Shown here: piece by piece, positions 30,941 through 41,658 of the stretch
How positions within the stretch are numbered: position 1 is the first letter of the stretch
Layout: every line of letters starts with the position of its first letter
Source of the DNA: a virus
DNA length: 64,000 nucleotides
Direction: 5' to 3' (one strand)
Virus record (IMG/VR): IMGVR_UViG_3300021197_001442
Coordinates: 31,020 to 95,019 of that record
Position numbers and translations under genes: made by a program
The notes under the pieces: model-generated
The model's input: only the letters and a program-made list of their open reading frames with translations
Told to the model about the DNA's origin: nothing
Database searches by the model: none

Positions 30941-33900
30941 CTAATCCTCCTTCTTTTTACAGGGTGGAGGCCGCAGAGAACTCCACTGCCACCATTTAAT
31001 CCCCGGATCGATGTCAGCACTAGGGCCCATATTATTAACGTATACCTCAGACGGACTCATGTAATCTTTATCCCTATAATCATAACTAGTATAGCAGGCA
31101 GCTTCTAACGTTTGTCGTGCAGCTGTTTTAGTGTTCATGAACGAATTTTTCATTCCTTCGTCCCCTCTCCACGTATTCATGCCACCAAACCTACCAAAGC
31201 CAATCCATCTTCCGCCACCTCGTGCCTGGTCACTGCCACCAAATAACTTAGTCTTGGCAGCCCACCCATCGTCCACTCTAGCCAATGAGGGCACAAAAGT
31301 GTTTGCACAGTATAGTGCCAGCAGGTCCATATATCTAGGCATCGGGAAACAGTGCTGGAATAGCATCTTGTATTCAGGAGTCTCGACAAGCAAGCAAACC
31401 AAGTTTTGCAAATAGTCATTATACAGGCTAGGTGCATAGCCACCAATATCGTCTAGCAATATCTCGGCAGACGCCAACGGTATAGCGTTTTTATAATAAC
31501 TTGAGAAAGCCTTATGTGTATAACCTTCCTCCTCTGTTATATTCTCCGCTGCGTAATCAAACTGGGATTGCACATTAGAGATTCTTGTAGCCTCTGGTAC
31601 AAATACTATTCTAAGACCAAAGTATACTTGATCCTCTTCAGTGATCTCTTTCCCTCCCCAGGCTGTGTCGGCATCAAATATGTTGGCTACGAAGCCAAAT
31701 CTTTTTATTGCAGTAGCAGCTTCTGTGCTTGACCTAGAGACAATATATCTCTCCAACACAAAGGGAGTGTTTGACTCTGCGATAGGTGGTGTCTTTAAAT
31801 CATAGGGGTGCGGGTAGCCACTTGCGCCAGCAACTCTAGATTCATAGTAAGCCGCCTCAGGCACGTCAAACGGGCCTCTCTCGCCAGCACCTTCTATAGC
31901 CCCTCTAAGCAGCAATGGGCTCTGTAGGATTATATCATTAATATCTTTATTTTCGGGAGTTACATAGTCTGAGAATATATTGGTTGTTCTGTCATACTCA
32001 TCTCTTACATACCTGCGCAAAATAACTTTACATTTCTCAACTATAGGAGATTCTACTAAGGCTGGCGACCCAGTTGTTGGATCGATAGTTGCCGTGCTTT
32101 CAAAGATTTTATCCCAATTTTCTTTCCGCTTTTTAGCTATTTTCCTTGCAGCAAACAACGTTGGAGATCTTGAATCAGATGTTGATTGGTTAATGACAGC
32201 ATCTGTGCCCTCTTCGGCGGCTAGTTGTATCTGATCGGCTATCTTGACTACATCAATTCCTCCGCCCGTTGAGACGTACTCCCAGTTATCTTCAATGTAT
32301 TGGGTTATGTATTCAATCGCCTCTGTCTCTTCTGGTGTTGAGTCAGTGATGATGCCAGCGTTTACCTTTATAGCGTAATTTTGGACAACCTGCTCCAAGA
32401 ACAGCCACCAGTAATCTTCATATTTTTCTATGAACCTTTTGCCACGTCCGACATCCTTCATGCCAGATTCCATCTTATCTATTATAAAGGCGGACAGCAT
32501 TTCACCATAATTGTATTCTGATAATGATAAGAACTTCAAGACAGGCAATGCTTTCAGGAGAACCTCTACAACATAAGTCCTAATTGTGGCGTTAATCGTT
32601 CCCTCTATGATCCCAAGTGACGCACGACTCAAGTGCCTATCAAACGGCTCTTCTCTAGCATCGCTCATGCCTTCGACCTTCAGGCCTGCTCTCGGGTCTT
32701 CATTAATCTTAGAAGTCAACTCGGAACAAATATTTGCCAAGGAATTGAATTCTGGGAATGTAATAACTTCAGTGGCTTCCTCGCAAGGCTTGAACTCTGG
32801 TACTATGCCCTCTGCTATCTTCAGGTAACCCTTCGACGCAGGTGGCTTAATATAGAATGGCGGGTTGCCCTCTGAGCCACCATATCTAGCTACCGCGCCG
32901 GGTATATCGCCGTCAAACTCCTCTCCGGGATCGTGGAAATAAATGATTCTAGGTGGCGCAGAAGTGTTAAAGCCATAATTGAATGGAGAGTTAACAGAGC
33001 CTTCAGAAGCCACAAGCTCGGCTAGGGACTCAAGTATATTTTGGTTCGTATTCTGGAATGCGGATACCATTGGTCCTTCTAGCGTATTGTATCTGCTTAA
33101 AAACAAATCACCCCCACTAGAACCAAACAAGGTGCTTGAAACTTTTTGCTGTATAAGAGCCTGGAACGCAGAATCTGGTGTTGCTAAATTATCTATGTAA
33201 AACTCAGATAGGAAGCTTTTCTTATAATCCGCCACATCGGGATCTAATGACGACGCTATATCAAAAAACGCTATGACTTCTTCATAAGGATCGCCGCCCT
33301 CTACCCAATTTTCATTTTTCATGTTTATGCGTATACGATGCCCATCCCAAGAATGCTTTTCACTTTCGGCTGGGTCAGTCCAGTAATCGTAACTAAATGT
33401 ATACTGCACAGAGTCAGGGTTGTCGTAGTCAAACCAAAACAAATTTGTTGTGTAATTACTAGACACGTTAAACGGAGCGCTAAGGCTTAATAGACTATTT
33501 TGTAAGTGACCTGCGACCTTATCAGGCAATCCACCAACAGCTGGGGGCTGGCCAGTGGTTACAGTTTCACCTTCATCAATACCTTGACCGCTTGACAACT
33601 CTTCTGTGTCCCCTGGGCTTCTAGAAGATAAGGGATTAAACAAAAATGGTAATTTCCAGAATTTCTTTTCTGTAAATTCTCTTCTTTCGCTTATCCAGCT
33701 ATTCCAATCTTCTTTAGAACCATCAGCACCTTCACCCCATTCATCACCAGGCGGCTGTGCCCTTGTGCCTCTTGAGCCGTAGATGTTAAAGACAGTTGGG
33801 CCTAGAATAGACCTCTGGAAAGCAAGGTGCTGTTTATAGCCTCGTCCGCGAGAATCTGCCAAGGCCATGTTTAAGAATCCTCGTCTTCCAGTTATGTCCT

Positions 33901-36900
33901 CGGTGAATGAAAGGCCCATCATATCAAAAATATTATTAAAAATATTATCATTGACCACGGCTTCTAATGGCATCTCGGATGGTAGTAGAGAAGGATTGTC
34001 GCTAGTAACATCATTTAATATATCAGGTATAACGCTATTAAAGATGCCAGCCTGCAAGAGGCCCATTAAGTCTTGCAAATCGTCTGCGGTCTGATCTCTA
34101 AGAACACACAGCTGGTCCTCTATACATTCCTCATCAACACCCTTCTCTCTGAGCGCGTCTGCTCTAACTGATCTAAATGTGCTAAGGAGTCCCATGTTGT
34201 CACAAACTTCTCGGCTAACCGGTAGATTAGATGGATCGTTAATACATAGCTGCTCTAGATCAACGAAGACACCTATTGATTTAAAGAAGTTATGAACGGA
34301 TTCTCTGTCATATAGACATTCCGACAGTTCTGATGTCACTGGGTCTGTTCTGACTATTTCAACGATAAGATCGTACAGGTTGTCTGACCCTTCACCGTTT
34401 ACTAGGTCTACAAGCTCACACTGTGTCACTACAGAGGCTACGTTGTCAACGAGACGCCCAACTGCCGTTGGGTTTGTCAGACAGCCCATAGCACCCACTA
34501 AGTCTGTCAGAGCGGCATCCACCAAACTTGGATCTATATCAGAGTCTCCGCACAGCCCATTTTTGAGTGCATCACGTAAGTTTAGTGGGTCTGAACCAAC
34601 CCTAGTCTTGCAAAGCTCTTCGGCTATAATCTCTAATATCTTTTTCAAGATTAATATTAGCAATCTGATTAGAAGCTCTTCTAGCACTCTTAGAGCATTG
34701 TCAATCATAATTTTGCTAATCGTATTAAACTTGATCTTTGGAATAACTGGTATTGTAATAGACGCCTGCAACTCACAAAAGTCTATGTTAACCCCCGGAA
34801 GTTTAATAAACTCTTTGAGAGGGGGGTAAAAGATAGGCGGTGCTATGCAGAACTTATCTATCTTCTCAAGAATACTAATTGCTATACCAGCACCAGGAAG
34901 GTTGTTTAATAAGTTTAGAACTTCGTCTATATTGAGTAGTTCGTTAACAACAAGATCATAGACCACATCTTTTAGTTGACCGTAATCTTGCGGCGTGGCG
35001 GCCCTGTTTTCTGCCCCAAGCGACCCTATGCGGCTAGGAGGTGTACTCAATGAAAGCTCAGTGGTTTTCGAGCCTGGAGTAGTGGTTGTGCCGACAAACC
35101 CAACATCGCCTAGCGAACCTAAGGGTACATCCGTGCTTGTATAACTTGATGCTCTATCGTAAACAGGTTCTATTGTGGCCCCTTCATCATCCGTAATCAC
35201 AACTGTCACAAAGCCAGCTAATAAAGGAAGTAGCTGCGGGAAGGATTCGTTAACAGCCGCAATTACAAGTTGTTGGGCCTCTGGAGATAAGTTGCTTATG
35301 AACTTGCCTATGAACTCGTCGTCCATGCCTTTGATGGCTGCTCCAGTTATAAGAGTAATGGCATCATCGTACCCAAGAGCGTTTAATATACAGTCCACAG
35401 CAGACTTAATTAGATCTATTAGGCCGCACATTCCTAGGTTGTTAAGCATACCCCCATACAAATCTTCTAAATCTTTGTATCTACCACGGACCAACAACTC
35501 TGGGAGGTCGTTAATGAACCTATCGCTAGTTAAATATTCCTTTAATGTCATGTCTGTGATCTGCATAGCAAAATCAACACGACCTTGATGTTCTAATATT
35601 TTTCCATCTACAATTGCGCAAGGGTTTGAGCTAAATTGTGACAAAAGAGCGCCCTTGATATCGCTTATTTGACTTTCTGCCCACTTCTGCCTTTGTATGG
35701 AACTTCCAAATAAGTTTGGCTCGAATACACCGCTAGCAGAGCCAGCGGAGCAGGTTAGCTGCTCAATTTCCTTCAAGCCCTCATTGCCCTCAACTGTCGG
35801 AGATGATATGTCTAACCCATACGATTCTTCGATTATAGGGAACCTATACTTCAGAGCCATGTCATACCAGGACACTGCTTCACGAATCATCAAATCATCT
35901 TTAATGTTTGGAAGCTGCGACACGTAAGCTGATGTTGTAGGGTCGTTCATCGGGGCGCGAGATATATAAGATGAAAAGCCTTTCTCTATCTGCACTGGAG
36001 AGGAGAATTGTTTTTGCACCTTAACATATTCAATCTTAAATTCTGGACTGAAGCCTATCTCAACCCACTGTAGATCAGATAATGAAAACCCTGACTCTCT
36101 CAGTAACAGATCTGTTTCCTTGAAGAAGCTTTCTATTCTTCTAGACTCGCTAGTAAAGTTCAAGCCCTTTATAGTTTTGCCCGTCTCTAAGTGCCACTGA
36201 GCGTAAAACCTATCATAGATCTCAAAGCTGTAGCTTACCTTATCAAAAATAGACTCCATTTCGGAAGCGGAGAAGACCACGAATGAAGATTCACCTTCAC
36301 GATATACAGAAGTAGGGGATGTCTCTTGCACTTTTGGTTGCTTAGTGGGAATTCTATTGAATTCTTCAGCAGACACAGTTATTAATACTTTTGTCTTTGC
36401 AAGAGGCCTTGGAGGTATGTAAAAATTTCTTACAGTTGCCGTACCAGGAAATATTAGCCCATCTAAGTATAAGCCCCCGCTGCCTTCTATGATAGCATCC
36501 TTTGATCTAGTTGGGACTTTGCCTAGACTGGTCAGGTTGATGAAATCAACATTCGTCTCTTTATTATAATATTCTAGCAACTTGTCCACGGCACCTGGGA
36601 TAAAAGAATCTAGATATTCCTGGCTACAGTCTGGTGGGTCTGCCAGCATTACAATTGAATACTCACATGTCTTTTGATTGAAAAATGGCTCTGCTTCAGT
36701 CTGGTTTAACCAGTTTGGTACTATGGCATCAGGGTTTGGTATACAAGTTTGGTAAGTCTGGACGCCCAAAGCTTCCTCTGGTTCGGCTCTACAACTCGCC
36801 GGATCAACGCCTGCAAATATATTATTCGTTGGTGCGTCTACTTCTGCCGCATCACAATAGCCTGCAACGCCTTCTGATTCTATAGCCTGGTTCAGGGCTT

Positions 36901-38269
36901 CCGTAGAAAGACTTACCGAGACACTGTGATCTTGTAAGAAATTATTCCAAAAATCTAAAGCGTCATCTGTTAATATGTCAGATAAAGGGCTTTCTCGAAA
37001 GTAAAGATTGTCTGCCATGGCTCTAAAAATACCAATGTTACAGTCATTTTCATAAGGGTCTGGCCTTACCAGGCCTCCATACGGAGGGCCAGTGAGTTGG
37101 CACTGGAACAATGATAATCTGGGTGCTGCCCCACCAGCCTGAAAATTATTTGATAACCACCCAGTGGCCCCCACTTCTTCAACAATCTCTAGTGCTTTCC
37201 TAAGCCAAAATAAAAATGCATTGTAGTCGGCATCTATTATTTTTACAGAATGGCCGCAAGGGCTTCTAAAATGCCTACGGTGAGCAGCTGAGGAAATAGC
37301 ACCGCCCGGTTGTCCCCCGACATCACCACCACCTTCATTGTTTTGGCCTCTGGGTGGTGTGTATGTACTTCCTCCATCCACCTCAAACCCAGCGTCAAAA
37401 TCTCCAACTCCGCCTACAGGATAATATTTAATTTTAGCATTTGACAAAACATCCACCGGGTTCAGTTCTCCATCCCAAACCCAGTTATCATCTGAAATTG
37501 TGTTACTACACCCCTTAGCCAGTTGCGTTCTTGGGTCTTCATGACCATATTTACCCAGGAGGTCCTTAGTTTCATAACCATACCAAAACATCTGGTTCCA
37601 GGTAAAGGAATCCATACCTGGTTTTATAAAATCGCCACCCCTTTCGTCATGTATATGTATAAAGGCGTCTAGCACCTCTAACAAAAAACCAAACTGGAGA
37701 TATTGTGTTACACTCCACCCACTTAGATCCTTAAACTCTGTTTCACCCGTATACCAGGAGTCCCAAAGGCTGTCATACCGCGTGCTAGAATCTTTTACAG
37801 ACTGTGGGCTGTACCTGTCACCGTTTAGGGCTAACATTGGATGTACAATCAAGCCACCAGCAACATTTAGCCAGCCTGTATCGTCTGTTGGCATATTTTT
37901 CCAGTGGCCTGTCTCATAGTCATCAAACACGCTCCACTTAGGGCCTTTTATATAAAATGGCAACGCTGTTGACCAATTAGTTATACTAGAGCCATAAACA
38001 ACACTGGAGTCATCTGCTGGGTCTCCTCCAATAAATGTACCTATTTGTGAGTCTACATCGTGCAACATGGCTCCCTCACCATCGTTATACGAATTCCAAC
38101 TTCGATAACCACCACCACCAGTAGCGCCGTCTACAAAGGGGTTGCCCGGATCCGTTGGGCTTGTTAGATTTTTGACCCCATAGACATTTTTTAGTGAAAT
38201 TATTAAATACCTAGCGTAATAGATAAAAGGATCTTCGCTGTATACTGGTACTGGTGGGCACGTTGCCAT
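30941..38269 (-). CDS. Giant (2442 aa) hypothetical virion protein between the spike and gp25 genes
   Basis: Uninterrupted acidic, Cys-rich ORF with an AGGAG SD; contains the amphipathic/hydrophobic helix ELLIRLLILILKKILEII. Confidence 0.55.
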   Translation of the reverse strand: MATCPPVPVYSEDPFIYYARYLIISLKNVYGVKNLTSPTDPGNPFVDGATGGGGYRSWNSYNDGEGAMLHDVDSQIGTFIGGDPADDSSVVYGSSITNWSTALPFYIKGPKWSVFDDYETGHWKNMPTDDTGWLNVAGGLIVHPMLALNGDRYSPQSVKDSSTRYDSLWDSWYTGETEFKDLSGWSVTQYLQFGFLLEVLDAFIHIHDERGGDFIKPGMDSFTWNQMFWYGYETKDLLGKYGHEDPRTQLAKGCSNTISDDNWVWDGELNPVDVLSNAKIKYYPVGGVGDFDAGFEVDGGSTYTPPRGQNNEGGGDVGGQPGGAISSAAHRRHFRSPCGHSVKIIDADYNAFLFWLRKALEIVEEVGATGWLSNNFQAGGAAPRLSLFQCQLTGPPYGGLVRPDPYENDCNIGIFRAMADNLYFRESPLSDILTDDALDFWNNFLQDHSVSVSLSTEALNQAIESEGVAGYCDAAEVDAPTNNIFAGVDPASCRAEPEEALGVQTYQTCIPNPDAIVPNWLNQTEAEPFFNQKTCEYSIVMLADPPDCSQEYLDSFIPGAVDKLLEYYNKETNVDFINLTSLGKVPTRSKDAIIEGSGGLYLDGLIFPGTATVRNFYIPPRPLAKTKVLITVSAEEFNRIPTKQPKVQETSPTSVYREGESSFVVFSASEMESIFDKVSYSFEIYDRFYAQWHLETGKTIKGLNFTSESRRIESFFKETDLLLRESGFSLSDLQWVEIGFSPEFKIEYVKVQKQFSSPVQIEKGFSSYISRAPMNDPTTSAYVSQLPNIKDDLMIREAVSWYDMALKYRFPIIEESYGLDISSPTVEGNEGLKEIEQLTCSAGSASGVFEPNLFGSSIQRQKWAESQISDIKGALLSQFSSNPCAIVDGKILEHQGRVDFAMQITDMTLKEYLTSDRFINDLPELLVRGRYKDLEDLYGGMLNNLGMCGLIDLIKSAVDCILNALGYDDAITLITGAAIKGMDDEFIGKFISNLSPEAQQLVIAAVNESFPQLLPLLAGFVTVVITDDEGATIEPVYDRASSYTSTDVPLGSLGDVGFVGTTTTPGSKTTELSLSTPPSRIGSLGAENRAATPQDYGQLKDVVYDLVVNELLNIDEVLNLLNNLPGAGIAISILEKIDKFCIAPPIFYPPLKEFIKLPGVNIDFCELQASITIPVIPKIKFNTISKIMIDNALRVLEELLIRLLILILKKILEIIAEELCKTRVGSDPLNLRDALKNGLCGDSDIDPSLVDAALTDLVGAMGCLTNPTAVGRLVDNVASVVTQCELVDLVNGEGSDNLYDLIVEIVRTDPVTSELSECLYDRESVHNFFKSIGVFVDLEQLCINDPSNLPVSREVCDNMGLLSTFRSVRADALREKGVDEECIEDQLCVLRDQTADDLQDLMGLLQAGIFNSVIPDILNDVTSDNPSLLPSEMPLEAVVNDNIFNNIFDMMGLSFTEDITGRRGFLNMALADSRGRGYKQHLAFQRSILGPTVFNIYGSRGTRAQPPGDEWGEGADGSKEDWNSWISERREFTEKKFWKLPFLFNPLSSRSPGDTEELSSGQGIDEGETVTTGQPPAVGGLPDKVAGHLQNSLLSLSAPFNVSSNYTTNLFWFDYDNPDSVQYTFSYDYWTDPAESEKHSWDGHRIRINMKNENWVEGGDPYEEVIAFFDIASSLDPDVADYKKSFLSEFYIDNLATPDSAFQALIQQKVSSTLFGSSGGDLFLSRYNTLEGPMVSAFQNTNQNILESLAELVASEGSVNSPFNYGFNTSAPPRIIYFHDPGEEFDGDIPGAVARYGGSEGNPPFYIKPPASKGYLKIAEGIVPEFKPCEEATEVITFPEFNSLANICSELTSKINEDPRAGLKVEGMSDAREEPFDRHLSRASLGIIEGTINATIRTYVVEVLLKALPVLKFLSLSEYNYGEMLSAFIIDKMESGMKDVGRGKRFIEKYEDYWWLFLEQVVQNYAIKVNAGIITDSTPEETEAIEYITQYIEDNWEYVSTGGGIDVVKIADQIQLAAEEGTDAVINQSTSDSRSPTLFAARKIAKKRKENWDKIFESTATIDPTTGSPALVESPIVEKCKVILRRYVRDEYDRTTNIFSDYVTPENKDINDIILQSPLLLRGAIEGAGERGPFDVPEAAYYESRVAGASGYPHPYDLKTPPIAESNTPFVLERYIVSRSSTEAATAIKRFGFVANIFDADTAWGGKEITEEDQVYFGLRIVFVPEATRISNVQSQFDYAAENITEEEGYTHKAFSSYYKNAIPLASAEILLDDIGGYAPSLYNDYLQNLVCLLVETPEYKMLFQHCFPMPRYMDLLALYCANTFVPSLARVDDGWAAKTKLFGGSDQARGGGRWIGFGRFGGMNTWRGDEGMKNSFMNTKTAARQTLEAACYTSYDYRDKDYMSPSEVYVNNMGPSADIDPGIKWWQWSSLRPPPCKKKED

Positions 38270-38279
38270 TTAGGGCTCC

Positions 38280-39341
38280 TTAGTTTGTCTTATTGTATCT
38301 TGATAGAATATATATGGGACTACTTGGCTTTAGCCAGTTCTGATTGGTTGTTATCTTCATATTTATGTCACTTAGCGTGGTCTTAACTATAGTGTCTTTA
38401 AGATGTCCTATCGCCGTGTTTATGCTTTGTGGCGTTAGCAGTGCAAAGTCTGGTAGAGCAACTGCCGGGGTCATTCCTGCAACTGTGTGCGTATGCCCTG
38501 CGATGGCAGCATTAAATTGTGTCTGGTACACTGCGAAAGAGGACAAGGCATTAGACAAATTTTCTATGTCCTCCATTAAATCCTCCAAAAATCCTACAAG
38601 AAAATCACCCTTTACAAGTGGCTGTACCTTGTTGTAATTATTTAAAGATGTGGCACTTAGATGAGTAGTGGTCGCGAAACCTGCCTGCTCTACCGGTCCT
38701 GACTCCATGTTCGCTATTAGATGAATACCACTTTTGCTTTGGATATCTCCGCCCACAGCGTTCGTTTCTTTCTGCTTACCAGAAGTCTTAGTCCTAGCAT
38801 TAGTATAAATTCTAACACCCTCTCTGCCTATAATCCTGATACCATCTGCCTTGATACCAATGGCCGACCTATTCTCGGCTGGCTGTATTGCATTTGGGAT
38901 ATCTTCTGGAAGATTGAAGTAGGCGTCTATGTCTCCCCTCTGTGTTAGATAAATCCTAGCTGCGTCTGTGAAGAAGTTAGGTCCAACAATTTGCCCATGC
39001 TTTGGCTCTGGGCCGCCACTGCCGACAACTATATCTATAGAACCAGCAGCAGTACAGCCCCGACCACCGTAACCACTAAGACCTTCACGAGTGTGTCTAT
39101 CCCTACCAAATACGATCCTATGCCTTCCCCAATGAGTCGCTTTCTTTGGCAAAGCTACCTCAGCTTCCGTGGGCTCATATTTAACAAGAGGTTCTTCTAA
39201 TTCTGTGCCTCCTTGGCCAGGCAACAGAACTTTTTCACCGCATTCCATCCTTCTTAAGATTTCTTCGTCCTGTTGCTCTAATTCTTTTCTCTTTTTACCG
39301 GGGAAGCCTTTGTAGCTTCTTGCTTTACTTTTGGCCATCAA
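38280..39341 (-). CDS. Putative baseplate central spike (gp5/gpV C-terminal-like)
   Basis: Beta-helix-like short repeats (ARIYL, AIGIKADGIRIIGREGVRI) and an HxH motif GHTHT (~38487-38495); upstream of gp25. Confidence 0.55.
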   Translation of the reverse strand: MMAKSKARSYKGFPGKKRKELEQQDEEILRRMECGEKVLLPGQGGTELEEPLVKYEPTEAEVALPKKATHWGRHRIVFGRDRHTREGLSGYGGRGCTAAGSIDIVVGSGGPEPKHGQIVGPNFFTDAARIYLTQRGDIDAYFNLPEDIPNAIQPAENRSAIGIKADGIRIIGREGVRIYTNARTKTSGKQKETNAVGGDIQSKSGIHLIANMESGPVEQAGFATTTHLSATSLNNYNKVQPLVKGDFLVGFLEDLMEDIENLSNALSSFAVYQTQFNAAIAGHTHTVAGMTPAVALPDFALLTPQSINTAIGHLKDTIVKTTLSDINMKITTNQNWLKPSSPIYILSRYNKTN

Positions 39342-39936
39342 TTACCTCCTGCTCTTTACTCTGTGACTCCTCATTCGTTGTAGGGGTTGTATCTGGACAA
39401 TCCATACGCTTCCTGGCTGAAGTTGAGTTAGTTGTAGCCGCTATCTGGTTCGGGTCAATAATGCCTATATACTGTCCATACTGGCCCTGTCCATGAGTAT
39501 AGAAACGAACTCTTATTATGTTGCCAGGCTGCGGGAGAGAACTATCGCTCCCTTGCCTAGCGTAAAATATTGGATGCATCATAATCGCTAAATTCTTTTG
39601 TAGCTCACAAAACTCTGCCTCTGGTTTTGGAATAGCAGCGTGCAACTTTGGAATTCTAGCAATAACCTTAACCAGAGCTTTAGAATCATCGCCTTCGTTG
39701 TTTACCTCTCCTGGGATCTTGCCTGTGTAGTCATAAGAAGCGGCTAAACAACGAGCTTCGTATTCTGATTCAGAGTCGTCTGATAAGGCGTCAGAGTATA
39801 CTTTACCTATGACTGCTGCAACTGACTCGAAAGTACCTTCAGTAAATTTATTTTTTCTTATACCAAATCTTGATACTGTGTCGCTGTTTAAAGTTTGTAG
39901 CTTGTCCTTTTTAAGCAAATCCTCTAGGTTACTCAT
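39325..39936 (-). CDS. Putative spike/hub OB-fold protein
   Basis: KVIARIP and LPQPGNIIRVRF resemble the gp5/VgrG OB-fold signature. Confidence 0.45.
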   Translation of the reverse strand: MSNLEDLLKKDKLQTLNSDTVSRFGIRKNKFTEGTFESVAAVIGKVYSDALSDDSESEYEARCLAASYDYTGKIPGEVNNEGDDSKALVKVIARIPKLHAAIPKPEAEFCELQKNLAIMMHPIFYARQGSDSSLPQPGNIIRVRFYTHGQGQYGQYIGIIDPNQIAATTNSTSARKRMDCPDTTPTTNEESQSKEQEVIDGQK

Positions 39937-40219
39937 TAGAACCTTCCTGGATCAGCCCGAATAACTCTTCTTTATCTTGAGCAGTTAAGCCAACTTCCTT
40001 GGTCTGGTTTTTCTGTATGAGCGCAGCTACTTTGACTAGCTGCTCGTTTGAGCGCTGTAGAGTTTCGACATACTTAGAAGCTGTAAGTCCGACCTCGCGG
40101 TGGCGAGTTTCGTCTTTACTCATATAACGAACAACATCGTCCAGAAGCTCTCTCGTGATCTTTCTGTCGTTGTCTATATTCTTTATAGCCTGTTCTAAGT
40201 AATGGTCTAGCTTTTTCAA
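39929..40219 (-). CDS. Hypothetical helical protein
   Basis: 96-aa ORF overlapping both neighbours. Confidence 0.55.
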   Translation of the reverse strand: MKKLDHYLEQAIKNIDNDRKITRELLDDVVRYMSKDETRHREVGLTASKYVETLQRSNEQLVKVAALIQKNQTKEVGLTAQDKEELFGLIQEGSNE

Positions 40220-40911
40220 AATTTACCCTCTTCCCAGCGATGCTTAAATGCTCTGTATTTGGTTCTTAATTTATTAAGATTATTAACGACCTGTTTGGTA
40301 TTGAGACCAGTAATCTCTCGAATGTATAAATAAATAGCTTTCTTATTAAAAATTAAATTAGGATTATCTCTATCTTCAAGCAAAATCTTGACTGCTTGGA
40401 GTACTTTCTCTTCATTTGCTTTAAGTTTTAGTTTCTCCCAGCCCTCTATCTCTTTCCACAGAAGGTTCCAAAATTCTTCGTCTTCCCTCTCTTGTTCATA
40501 CATTATACGCACTGAAGCGTATTCCAATTGATGATCGGCTGTTAGATGGTCTAGCTCAACCTCTCTCCTATTCTGTTGGTTGGTTTTCTTAACTTTGTGA
40601 ATGAACCAGTTTTTGGTTATAACACTAAAATATGAAAAAGCTTTAGAACCTTTGTCAGGATTGTACTTGTGCAAAATGGTGGTTAGATATATTTTGCACT
40701 CTTCTCTAAGATCTTCTATATTGGGAAGACTTGTGAACTTATATGTAAAAACAATTTTATCAACCATCTCGTTAAAAGCTGGCTGTATGTACTTGCCATA
40801 CAAAATTGTTCTTTCTCTAGAGTTTGTGCTATTATTATAAGCTATTATTGCATCTTCATGTTCCTGTGTAAAATATAATCTTTTTGTACGCTTACGCCTC
40901 TTCCTTGCCAT
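40216..40911 (-). CDS. Phage late-transcription sigma factor, T4 gp55-like
   Basis: YFTQEHE...EDLREEC...KYNPDKGSKAFSYFSVITKNWF resembles sigma region 2 (gp55 NFDP..S.NPFAYFT). Start moved to ATG 40911, which has a GGAGG SD. Confidence 0.75.
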   Translation of the reverse strand: MARKRRKRTKRLYFTQEHEDAIIAYNNSTNSRERTILYGKYIQPAFNEMVDKIVFTYKFTSLPNIEDLREECKIYLTTILHKYNPDKGSKAFSYFSVITKNWFIHKVKKTNQQNRREVELDHLTADHQLEYASVRIMYEQEREDEEFWNLLWKEIEGWEKLKLKANEEKVLQAVKILLEDRDNPNLIFNKKAIYLYIREITGLNTKQVVNNLNKLRTKYRAFKHRWEEGKF

Positions 40912-41215
40912 CTGGTTCGACCTCCTGTTCTGGTTCTTCTGTCTCTTCTGGTTCTGCCAGGAGGAAAATCTCTTCATAGCCAGCTAATTCCTCTCTTACA
41001 GCATTGGTATGCTCCAACAGGTAGGACAGCGTAGGGTCTCCGTAAAATCTCTCTAATTCATACACTTCTTTTAAGTGTAAGTTATAAGCAGATACTACCT
41101 CGTACAAAAGACCAAGATTGTCAGATAAATACAGAAGGTTGCTTAGAGTATTCCTTGCATACCACACTAAAAATATATTTATCAATACAGACAACACTAA
41201 AGCAAACTCAACCAT
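40892..41215 (-). CDS. Small membrane-anchored hypothetical protein
   Basis: N-terminal hydrophobic helix FALVLSVLINIFLVWY and an acidic tail. Confidence 0.6.
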   Translation of the reverse strand: MVEFALVLSVLINIFLVWYARNTLSNLLYLSDNLGLLYEVVSAYNLHLKEVYELERFYGDPTLSYLLEHTNAVREELAGYEEIFLLAEPEETEEPEQEVEPDGKEEA

Positions 41216-41450
41216 TGTAATCCTCTTTTAATTTTCTTTTTTCATCCTGGACATCTCTTTTCGCATCTTCAATGTATTCTCTTACAAGAGACCCTGCACT
41301 TGAGGGTTTGCTAACACTAAAAAATAATGATGGTATCCTACTAACAGGACCACCACCACATAAAGCACACGTATCCACAACCTCTGTCATGGAATGACGT
41401 GCCTCAAATTCTCCATCGCACTCAGAACACCTATAATTATACTTCGGCAT
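41208..41450 (-). CDS. FmdB-family zinc-ribbon protein
   Basis: MPKYNYRCSEC...FE...CALCG. Confidence 0.85.
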   Translation of the reverse strand: MPKYNYRCSECDGEFEARHSMTEVVDTCALCGGGPVSRIPSLFFSVSKPSSAGSLVREYIEDAKRDVQDEKRKLKEDYNG

Positions 41451-41460
41451 TCTTTTTTTC

Positions 41461-41658
41461 TCAGCAATCTTCTTGGGCGCTGTCGTCGAGTTTAACTGTT
41501 GGAGGATTCATAACCATAAGGCCACCCTCGCTAAGTCTAAACTTAAAGCCCTTAAGCACTGGTACAATATCAGATTGCTCCAATAGAGACTTCTGTAGGG
41601 CCATCATCAAAGCTCCCATAGCCTGATCGCTAAGGTGCATACTATTTTCATCACTCAT
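41461..41658 (-). CDS. Hypothetical protein
   Basis: 65-aa ORF with an AAGGAG SD, filling the gap after gmd. Confidence 0.6.
   Translation of the reverse strand: MSDENSMHLSDQAMGALMMALQKSLLEQSDIVPVLKGFKFRLSEGGLMVMNPPTVKLDDSAQEDC

Noticed and set aside
28723-39936. Bacterial eCIS/T6SS/tailocin locus
   Set aside because: Primase, Mre11-Rad50, RuvC, a gp55-like sigma, PhoH and single-strand gene packing indicate a phage genome.
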